Shown here piece by piece: positions 8,956-16,258 of a stretch of DNA of 43,911 nt. The position numbers and the translations under genes were made by a program. Position 1 is the stretch's first letter. Every line of letters begins with the position of its first letter. The stretch is from Planctomycetaceae bacterium (GTDB lineage: Bacteria > Planctomycetota > Planctomycetia > Pirellulales > UBA1268). The stretch is taken from positions 1 to 43,911 of the forward strand of contig JAIXPT010000114.1 of assembly GCA_027486095.1 (NCBI GenBank). The letters run 5' to 3'. The notes under the pieces are model-generated. The model was not told the origin of the DNA and did not search any database. It saw only the letters and a program-made list of their open reading frames with translations.

Positions 8956-9219
8956 CTACTTGATCGGCATTGTGGCGGCGGTTGGCTGGTAGACGGAACG
9001 CCTAGTTAAAGGATCGGCGGGGAGAGGGGAGAGGCGGGTGTAGTAGGGGCCGACGATGCGAGTGGCGGTGGTCATGGCATTGTGGATTTCGAGGATCGTG
9101 TCTTTCGTGCGGTAGGTGCCGAAGGACTCGAGTTCTTCCTTCTTCACGATCGGGAAGGTTTCCATGGTGTGGATCACCGCGTCGCGGGGCGTCGGGAGGG
9201 CGAACTTCAAGGCGTCGCT
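8956..9219 (-). pseudogene. Remnant of the last ~80 codons of a second methyltransferase gene, paralogous to 10990..15120
   Basis: Translation ALPTPRDAVIHTMETFPIVKKEELESFGTYRTKDTILEIHNAMTTATRIVGPYYTRLSP aligns with the C-terminus of the 1376-aa MTase (ALPTPRDAVSHIMETFPIVKKKDLESFGTYRTKDTILEIYDEMATAVRTGQPYQTRLSP). Nucleotide similarity is visible over ~210 bp. No upstream MTase body is present. Confidence 0.8.
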
Positions 9220-9259
9220 CGGCCGAGACTTGATGGCTTGTTTTTTCGCTTTTTGTCAC

Positions 9260-10912
9260 TTATTCCGAGTCGGTGGCTGGCGATGCGGGCTCGGGCGAGA
9301 GCCGGCGCTGCCGTGCCCGCAGATATGATGTTCGACCGGATTGCTCGCCGGGTTTCCAATTGGGCACACGCGTCCAGTTCGGGTTTGTGATGCAGTCGAT
9401 CTCGCGATCTACCTGAGCCCTGAGCCTTGCGGTGATTGTGGCTTCATCGCTTTGGTCGCTCGCCGGATCGTCGTCGTGTGACGCGTCAAAAAACGCAAGT
9501 ACAACATCAGTGTGCGTAAGAAACAGACGCCGTTCTTTCCCACCTGCGCCTGCAGCGGTTAGGGATGGTCTCACCCAATAGAGTCCTGGATCCTTCGCGG
9601 TTATGACGTACCGCATCTGTACTGGGTGATCGTCGGTGATCGAGATGGGGCGATCGCGGCTGATTCGTGAATGGCTCTCCCCTTCAAGCAGCGCATCGGT
9701 TGTTTCGATGCGCCACGGCAACGATGCGTCAAGACGTTTCAATTCAAACCGAACGGTCACGCTGTCGACCTGGCCGGCGCCATACTCAGGAGCCACGACG
9801 AACTCAGGCATCGGCTCATATCGGACGACATCAAGACAGTAAGCCGTTACTGCCAAGCTTTGGTGCCACCAAGGCTTTTGGATCAACGCGTTCAAGGCAA
9901 CGGGTCCAGGCCCCGCCAGAACATCTTGATATTCGCGCACGACCGGATTGATCGCGGCGACTGCCTCTTTGAGCAGGGGGTTGGAATCAAAAGTCCGGGT
10001 AAAGCCGCTTGCGGTTCCGTGGGGGCCGTCGGCCCTCATAAGGACAAGCGGCTGGGCTCCGGCTGCTTTAAGGGCCTCTTCCTGCACGAAAGCCGGCGTA
10101 GAAGTCCAGATCGCGAAAAATAGAAGCCAGGCGGGAAGAACAAGGGCTACCAACCACGCTACTCCAGTCATCAAGTACGCCAGCCATCGTGCCGGGGGAT
10201 AAGAGAGGAAAAACCGAGGCAGAGTAGATGGCGCTCTAACAGCGGCTTCGGAATCGACGACGGTGCCGCGCGCTAGAAAAGGAATCCACGATTGCGCGAC
10301 ATGCGCCTCATCAAAGAATAAGCTGTGACCGCCCGTGCGATAGCGGGTGTTTACGCCATCCGTTTCCATGAACCCGTAAGCGCCTGAAGCTCCGTAGCGA
10401 GAGACACAAATTTCTGCGACGACGGGCCACGTGTCCGTATCGCCGCATTCATTAAGCACGGAAAAAGTGCCTTGGACTGCGATCCGGCGAGTCACGGCAT
10501 TCCATGGAAACTGGCGGCTCAGTACGCCACCGCAAAGAATAAGGCGATGCGGGCGAACAACGTCGTACTTCCGCAAGCACTCGCCCAATACATGCGTACC
10601 GAAGCTGTGGGCGATGATTGAGATACGAGCCTGCCGTTGATCAGCGAGTGCGTGATCGTAAGCCGCCTTGAGTGTGTCTACGGCAGCACGCGCTCGTGAC
10701 ACTGGAGCCAAAAAGGCAAACGGACTGAACCATCCGTATCGGACTGCAACGCATTTCGTACCCGGCAATGACCGTTCGATTTGTGTCCCAACGCGTTCCT
10801 GCCATCCGCCCAAGTCTCGGATTCCGTGCAGCAGCAAAACAACGTGTGTGATTTGTTGGTTGTCCCGCACGTCTGGCTCGTCGTGAGCGTGGCTTGTTGT
10901 AGCCATCATCAT
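9260..10912 (-). CDS. Alpha/beta-hydrolase (lipase/esterase-like) fused to a transmembrane segment and an unknown ~270-aa C-terminal domain
   Basis: HVVLLLHG oxyanion-type start. Nucleophile elbow IIAHSFGTH (Ser103). Candidate Asp in ECGDTDTWP and His in TGGHSLFF. Hydrophobic stretch WLAYLMTGVAWLVALVLPAWLLFFAIW (about 10106-10186). I recognise nothing in the remainder. Confidence 0.8.
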   Translation of the reverse strand: MMMATTSHAHDEPDVRDNQQITHVVLLLHGIRDLGGWQERVGTQIERSLPGTKCVAVRYGWFSPFAFLAPVSRARAAVDTLKAAYDHALADQRQARISIIAHSFGTHVLGECLRKYDVVRPHRLILCGGVLSRQFPWNAVTRRIAVQGTFSVLNECGDTDTWPVVAEICVSRYGASGAYGFMETDGVNTRYRTGGHSLFFDEAHVAQSWIPFLARGTVVDSEAAVRAPSTLPRFFLSYPPARWLAYLMTGVAWLVALVLPAWLLFFAIWTSTPAFVQEEALKAAGAQPLVLMRADGPHGTASGFTRTFDSNPLLKEAVAAINPVVREYQDVLAGPGPVALNALIQKPWWHQSLAVTAYCLDVVRYEPMPEFVVAPEYGAGQVDSVTVRFELKRLDASLPWRIETTDALLEGESHSRISRDRPISITDDHPVQMRYVITAKDPGLYWVRPSLTAAGAGGKERRLFLTHTDVVLAFFDASHDDDPASDQSDEATITARLRAQVDREIDCITNPNWTRVPNWKPGEQSGRTSYLRARQRRLSPEPASPATDSE

Positions 10913-10989
10913 TTCCGTGTTACTGAGCTTGGAACGTGCGCCGGAGGCGCTTGCCTGCGTGCTCGGCGTCCTTGGAGGAGTGTTGTTAT

Positions 10990-13900
10990 TCAGTCCGAGT
11001 CAGCCTCGCCGTGATGGCGGACGGATGGGTCGGCCGAAGGCGGGGAGAGGCGGGTTTGGTAGGGCTGGCCGGTGCGGACGGCAGTGGCCATCTCGTCGTA
11101 GATTTCAAGGATCGTGTCTTTCGTGCGATAGGTGCCGAAGGACTCGAGGTCTTTCTTCTTCACGATCGGGAAGGTTTCCATGATGTGGCTCACCGCGTCG
11201 CGGGGCGTCGGGAGGGCGGACTTCAGGGCGTCGCTGGCGTTACGGGACCACTCGTCGGGTGTACCCAGGTAGAGCTGGAAGAAGGCGGCGTCGAGTTCCG
11301 CTCGCAGCAGGAAACGTCGATCCTCGTCCCACGCGAACGGTGGCCCCGGATACCCGCAGTCCGCGCCAAACGGTTCAAGGTCCCACGCGGTGTACGTTAG
11401 TTCGAGGATGCGGGGGAGCAGCCATTCGGCGACCGTTGAGCTCGAAGTCCAATCGCAGTGTGAGGCGAATGCGGCCGGGGGAAGGATCGGAAACTGCCGA
11501 ACATAGTTGTATGTGACGTTCGAGCCTCCGACTTTCTGTCGTGCAGCGTAATCAAGGACGAATGCGCAGAGCATTCCATACAAGCAGCACTGATGGACAG
11601 GCGACTCGGGCGTGACCGCGAGAAGCAGTGAGTGCGCTGTGGGACTTCTTGGCAGTAGGGATGCTAATAGCGTTCGGTAATCGCTATTGCGCGCTATGTT
11701 GCGCCACCCCAGCAACCAATTGAAGCGAGTGGTGTCGCTGAGGGCGGCGCGGACGTCCGTCTCTTTTATCCAGTAGTCCGGTTGCGTGAAGCGGTGCGGG
11801 TCGGCGTGGGCGGCGGCGTCGAGGCGCGGGAGAGCGCCGACGTTGAGTTGGGCTTGGGTAGCGCCTTCGTAGGTTGAGAAGCGATGGTCGAAGTGGTTGA
11901 CCATCTTGGCTTCGATCAGCGGCAGGAATTTGCCGAGCGGCCCGTTCCAGGTGTTGCCGGTGAGCGTCTGGTCCGCGGCTTCCATCTCTGCCCGCGTGCG
12001 AAAGAGGCCGGAGTCGCTGGCCATGTTGAAGAGACCTTGAGAAAACGAGAGTCCCCACGGGTTGCCGTCGGGCCTGGTTTCGTTCCAGAGCACGCCGGTG
12101 CGGCGGTAGATGTATTTGTTGAGTTCGGCATCGGCGACGGACCGGAACGTGGGGCAGGTGCGAGTGTTGGGGTTGAGGAGCGCAAAGTCTTCGGGCGTGA
12201 GCGTGAAGTGGCAGCGCTTGTCAGCGAGGGCGGATGCCTGTCGGGCAAAGAACAGAAGGTCGGCGGCTTTGGCGGAGCCGAGGCCGACGACTACGAACCG
12301 AAAGGAATGGTGAACGTCGGCGAACAGTTTGTCTTCGTTCTCGAAGTGATAGACGGCCGCAAGCGATGAGTTCTTCACGAGGTCGTCGAAGAAGGCTTTC
12401 GTCGTGTCGTCGGTGGCGATGCCCGCCGGCACGATGAAAGCGGCGCGGCCAGTCGGGTGGAGGACGGTGCGGTTCAGTTCCGAGAACACTGCAAATGTGT
12501 TGATCTTGCCGACGGCAGTGAGTGGGAAGCGGCCTGACTCACGGATAAGCTGACGGGCTCCTTCAGATTCGCGAAAGGCGTGCGCCCATTCCTGACTGAG
12601 TTCGGGTCGAGTAACAGGAAGCGATGCAATGAGTTTCTTGCGGGCCGCCGCATTTGGCGCGGTGGCTATCTCGGGTGCCCGCTCCGCAAAGAACTCCTGC
12701 TCGTTCATCTGCAGGGTTTCCCACACGGGATTTCCCAGGATGCAGTCGAATCCGCCCGTCCAGCCGTTCGGGTTCGCGGCTTCCGGGGCCGCTGCCTCAG
12801 TAAAGACGTCGGGGAATTCGAGGTGCCAATGGAAGAACTTGTATTGCTTGGCGAGGCGTTGGATCTCGTCGAGCATCCAGGGGGCGAGGGAGTGCGGGTT
12901 GGACTCGATCGCCCGAAATACTTCCTCGGTGACGGGAAAGTCGAACTCGGGCGTTTTCTTCCAGACGAAGGCGGCGCACCAGGCGTCGGCGAGCAGCCGG
13001 CCGGATTTGTAGTCGCTCGAGGACACGAGGGATTCGTATTGGCGGGCCTTGGCGGCCACCTGGTCGAGCGAGTCGTCGGGCAGGGCCGAGAGGGCGGCGT
13101 AGACGCTCGTCAGGTTGCCGAGCTTGAGCGGAGCAGCAAAGAGGCTTTGCTGCTTATTCTTGGCGTCTTCGCGTTCCTTCTTGTTGGCCTTCTTGAAGCG
13201 AGAGCAGAGCTTCTTGTCGTCGCCCTCGATCGGCTCGAATGCCGCATCGGGGATGCCGGCAGCGAGAAGGGCGGGCGTGGCGCCGAGAAGGCTGTTGCCG
13301 ATCTTGATGTGGTGGTCGAGAAACGAGAGCGGCTTGCCCGGCTCCATCGACTCGAGCCAGAGGTTCACGCGGCAGAGCTCGGCTGCCATGGGATTCAGAT
13401 CGACGCCGTAAAGGCAGTTGCGGATGCAGTCGCGGAGGGCGGTGCGATAGGCCTCGGGGCTCGGCTCGGTGTCACCTGTGCGGACGGCTGCGAGCCGCTT
13501 GGCTAGCCGATGGGCGGCGCCAATCAAAAAGTGGCCGCTGCCCACGGCCGTGTCGCAGATTTTTAATGCGAGTAGGGCATGCTCGGCGTCGGGGCCCCTC
13601 TTGCCGGCGAGGCGTTCGGCGAGGAGCGGCTCGAGAGCTGTGTCGAGGCAGACCTGCACGAGCGAGTCGGGCGTGTAGTGGGAGCCCGAGGTTTTGCGTT
13701 CGTTGCCGGCCGAGATACCGAGCGTAAACCGGTCGGCGGCGAGCGGGGCCGTGGGGTTGATCTCGGGGTGGAGTTCGAGGAGCTGTTCGTAGACACCGCC
13801 CAGTTCCTCGCTGCCGAGGTTCTTGTAGTCCACGGGGCGGCGGCCGTCTTTGTCGACGATGTAGGAGAGGCTGCGGACGGCGGCGAGGAGCGCGGCGTTG

Positions 13901-15120
13901 GAGAGGGCGGCGGTGCCGAGGAGGCCGAGGGCGGCGTCGCTCCAGAGGTAGCCGCCGAGGCCGAGCAGGCCGAGCGGGGCGGCACCGGCGCTGCCGAGCG
14001 ACTTCATCACGAGCTTGAGCGATTCGTAGAGGTCGCGATGGCGGTTGCCACGGGTGGTGCCGGCAAGCGTCTGGAGGCGAGTGGCAGAGTAGTTTTGCTT
14101 GTAGAGGTCGCGGGCCCGGCGAGGAGCGGCGGGGTCGAGGAGCAGGTCGCGGCTCTCGGTGACGAAGAGGAAGAGCAGACGATACACAAGCCGGAGGAGC
14201 TGGCGGTAGTACTCCTGTCCGGCGAGTTGCCCAGAGGCGAGGGCCGTGCGGAGGTCGTCGTTAGCGGGGTGGGCGAGGAAGCCGCGGCCGAGGGCTTCGA
14301 TCGCTTGCTTGACGCCAGTGGAAAGCTCGCCGAGCACGCGGGTGCCGACGGTGGCCCCTTCGACGTGCCACTTCTCGATGATGCACTCGTGGGGCTGGCC
14401 GTCGGCGGGAACGTCGAACCGCGTGGCGTGGAGCGTGAGCCAGAGCAGCCTAAAATCGGCAAACGACTGCCCCTTGAACATGGCCTCCAGGTCGAACTCC
14501 ACGAACGCCTGCCGCGTCATGCTCACGTTGTCGCGGACCAGCCTGAGCTGGCGGCCGTTGGAGACAAGCCCCCAGAGGGAGCCCTCGCTGCGGTTCAGCC
14601 ATTCCTGGATGAGCGAATGCGGGGCCGAGCGGCTGGCGCCCGTCACGCCCGAGGTGCGGCGGTCGAGCGGCACGTTCACGCCGACCAGATGGATCGGCAC
14701 GTGGTTCCACTGGTGGGAGATCGGAAACGACTGGCTGGACGAGCCGGTGGCGTCGTCGAGCGTGCGTGCGGTCGGGGTGGCCGTGAGCGTGCCGTAGCCA
14801 AGCTCCTGGAAGAGGAACCGCAGCCACTGCTTGAACGTGGGGCCGGCGGCGGTGTCGAGGAGCGGCGACGCGGCGAGGTCGTCGGTGAAGGCGCGGTGGA
14901 TGTCGGTGAGCCGCGTCCAGGAGCGGGTGATCGCCTCGCCGAGCCGCTCGCTCTCCGCGAGGCCGTAATCGGAGGGCCGCAGGCCGGGGAGTTTTGCGTC
15001 TTCGTTGGCCACTCGTTCGAGCACGTCGGTGGGCAGCATGGGCCCGACCGCGGTGACGTGCTGGAAGGCGAACTGGCGGCGTCGGCGGCTGGCGGGCCGC
15101 CGCAAAATGGCTGTGGACAT
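10990..15120 (-). CDS. Large gamma-class N6-adenine DNA methyltransferase (Eco57I/type IIG/PglX/DrmMI-like); candidate DISARM DrmMI
   Basis: Motif I ICDTAVGSGHFLIGA (13522-13560). Motif IV GNPVW (12721-12732). Also SHYTPDSLV, YGVDLNPMAAELCRVNLWL, HIKIGNSLL and FFHWHLEFPDVF. 1376 aa. Confidence 0.9.
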   Translation of the reverse strand: MSTAILRRPASRRRRQFAFQHVTAVGPMLPTDVLERVANEDAKLPGLRPSDYGLAESERLGEAITRSWTRLTDIHRAFTDDLAASPLLDTAAGPTFKQWLRFLFQELGYGTLTATPTARTLDDATGSSSQSFPISHQWNHVPIHLVGVNVPLDRRTSGVTGASRSAPHSLIQEWLNRSEGSLWGLVSNGRQLRLVRDNVSMTRQAFVEFDLEAMFKGQSFADFRLLWLTLHATRFDVPADGQPHECIIEKWHVEGATVGTRVLGELSTGVKQAIEALGRGFLAHPANDDLRTALASGQLAGQEYYRQLLRLVYRLLFLFVTESRDLLLDPAAPRRARDLYKQNYSATRLQTLAGTTRGNRHRDLYESLKLVMKSLGSAGAAPLGLLGLGGYLWSDAALGLLGTAALSNAALLAAVRSLSYIVDKDGRRPVDYKNLGSEELGGVYEQLLELHPEINPTAPLAADRFTLGISAGNERKTSGSHYTPDSLVQVCLDTALEPLLAERLAGKRGPDAEHALLALKICDTAVGSGHFLIGAAHRLAKRLAAVRTGDTEPSPEAYRTALRDCIRNCLYGVDLNPMAAELCRVNLWLESMEPGKPLSFLDHHIKIGNSLLGATPALLAAGIPDAAFEPIEGDDKKLCSRFKKANKKEREDAKNKQQSLFAAPLKLGNLTSVYAALSALPDDSLDQVAAKARQYESLVSSSDYKSGRLLADAWCAAFVWKKTPEFDFPVTEEVFRAIESNPHSLAPWMLDEIQRLAKQYKFFHWHLEFPDVFTEAAAPEAANPNGWTGGFDCILGNPVWETLQMNEQEFFAERAPEIATAPNAAARKKLIASLPVTRPELSQEWAHAFRESEGARQLIRESGRFPLTAVGKINTFAVFSELNRTVLHPTGRAAFIVPAGIATDDTTKAFFDDLVKNSSLAAVYHFENEDKLFADVHHSFRFVVVGLGSAKAADLLFFARQASALADKRCHFTLTPEDFALLNPNTRTCPTFRSVADAELNKYIYRRTGVLWNETRPDGNPWGLSFSQGLFNMASDSGLFRTRAEMEAADQTLTGNTWNGPLGKFLPLIEAKMVNHFDHRFSTYEGATQAQLNVGALPRLDAAAHADPHRFTQPDYWIKETDVRAALSDTTRFNWLLGWRNIARNSDYRTLLASLLPRSPTAHSLLLAVTPESPVHQCCLYGMLCAFVLDYAARQKVGGSNVTYNYVRQFPILPPAAFASHCDWTSSSTVAEWLLPRILELTYTAWDLEPFGADCGYPGPPFAWDEDRRFLLRAELDAAFFQLYLGTPDEWSRNASDALKSALPTPRDAVSHIMETFPIVKKKDLESFGTYRTKDTILEIYDEMATAVRTGQPYQTRLSPPSADPSVRHHGEADSD
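11030..11240 (-). repeat. Direct-repeat partner (inside the intact MTase 3' end) of the remnant at ~9010..9220
   Basis: Example: 11101-11215 gatttcaaggatcgtgtctttcgtgcgataggtgccgaaggactcgag...cacgatcgggaaggtttccatg versus 9084-9170 gatttcgaggatcgtgtctttcgtgcggtaggtgccgaaggactcgag...cacgatcgggaaggtttccatg. Same orientation. Confidence 0.8.
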
Positions 15121-15152
15121 GGCCGCAGAATACCCCGTCGTGCGGGGGATGC

Positions 15153-15743
15153 CTACGGGCTGTGCCCGGGTTGGTGACGGGCATGAAGGGCCAGAAGCGG
15201 CTTCAAGTCGCGGGCGTCAGCGGCGCGGAGACAGGCGAGGTATTCCGAACGAATCGGGCTCTCAGCGACGATCGTCGCCGGCCATTCCACGATCGGGCAA
15301 TCGTGGATCCGCAGCCAGATGTTCGAGAGCATCCGCGACCAGCGGCCGTTGCCATTGCGGAACGGGTGGATCTGGACTGCCCGATGATGGATGAGAACAG
15401 CCTGCTCGAGGATGTCGGGCATATAGGGCTCGCGACCGCGAATGTCGTCGCACAGCTGGGCCATGTGCTCGCCGATGTGGCCGGGATCGCTGCCCAGCGA
15501 GAGTGGCCGGTCGCGGATCTGGCCCGCCCACGACCAGACGTCGCCGAACATTTCGCCGTGGAGCCGGAGCAGCCATCCGAAATCGAACGTGGCGACCTTG
15601 CGGGACGGAACGCCCAGGAGATAGCGGATCACGGCCCGCCTAATGTTCTCCGCCTCTGCGACGGCCAGTTGGGCGCGGGTGCGAATGTGCCGCTTGCGCA
15701 GACCGTCGAAATCGCTGAGCGGCGTTTCCCCGTCGGTGGCCAT
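15153..15743 (-). CDS. Fic/DOC family protein (mobile mystery protein B type)
   Basis: Fic motif HPFRNGNGRWSR. 196 aa. Sits 3 nt downstream of the HTH gene. Confidence 0.9.
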   Translation of the reverse strand: MATDGETPLSDFDGLRKRHIRTRAQLAVAEAENIRRAVIRYLLGVPSRKVATFDFGWLLRLHGEMFGDVWSWAGQIRDRPLSLGSDPGHIGEHMAQLCDDIRGREPYMPDILEQAVLIHHRAVQIHPFRNGNGRWSRMLSNIWLRIHDCPIVEWPATIVAESPIRSEYLACLRAADARDLKPLLALHARHQPGHSP

Positions 15744-15746
15744 GGT

Positions 15747-16133
15747 TCAATCAGCCCACAGCGTCTTGCCACCCGCGGCCTGCAGTTCGCGGGCGGTGCG
15801 ATCGACCATGGCGTCGAACTGGTGTCGCGAAAGCCCCTGGCCCTCGAGGGCCGAAGTCGCCTGCACGAGCGCTGCGGCCCGTTTCGCTTTCCTGTGGGCG
15901 GCTTGGCGGAGCAGCGAATCGACCGACACACGCGGCCGCAGCCCAAGCTGCATGCCCAGGGCTTCGGCAACGGCGGAGACATGACCCATGGCCACGGTGG
16001 GCTCTCCCCGAAGAACTCGCGCGACCGTCGCCGTGGAAATGCCGCTCCGCTGGGCGAGCTGCGGGATCGTCATCCGCAGTTCACGCCGGCGTTCGTCGAG
16101 GGATGCTCCGGTGGTGATGGCAGTGGCTGGCAT
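15747..16133 (-). CDS. XRE-type HTH protein (mobile mystery protein A type), probable antitoxin/regulator of the Fic gene
   Basis: LDERRRELRMTIPQLAQRSGISTATVARVLRGE is a Cro/C1 HTH. Start set at ATG 16133 because the 16 codons upstream (to 16181) fall in an AT-rich repeat-bearing region unlike coding DNA here. Confidence 0.8.
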   Translation of the reverse strand: MPATAITTGASLDERRRELRMTIPQLAQRSGISTATVARVLRGEPTVAMGHVSAVAEALGMQLGLRPRVSVDSLLRQAAHRKAKRAAALVQATSALEGQGLSRHQFDAMVDRTARELQAAGGKTLWAD

Positions 16134-16153
16134 GGCCCACCTCAAAAATAGCT

Positions 16154-16199
16154 TATGAGACTCGAAATCCTTCAAAATCATATCGTATGAGATACGAAA
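16154..16199 (-). promoter_or_regulatory. Two 14-bp direct repeats (TATGAGAnnCGAAA) in the AT-rich leader of the HTH-Fic operon; candidate operator
   Basis: tatgagactcgaaa at 16154-16167 and tatgagatacgaaa at 16186-16199 match at 12/14 positions and are spaced 32 bp centre to centre. They lie 20-66 nt upstream of ATG 16133. Confidence 0.4.
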
Positions 16200-16230
16200 A
16201 GACTACAGAAATACACTTCTATCGGCTAAG

Positions 16231-16258
16231 AAATTGGAAAAGGCATCATTTTATGCCT
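16231..16258 (-). terminator. Intrinsic terminator after the SNF2 gene
   Basis: The minus strand reads AGGCAT-AAAATG-ATGCCT followed by TTTCCAATTT. The TAA stop (16251-16253) sits in the loop. Confidence 0.5.

Noticed and set aside
16134-16181. ORF-track start (16181, MILKDFESHKLFLRWA) for the HTH gene
   Set aside because: These codons fall in the AT-rich segment carrying the TATGAGAnnCGAAA repeats, and they are unlike the local codon style. The ATG at 16133 is preferred, although the longer form cannot be excluded.
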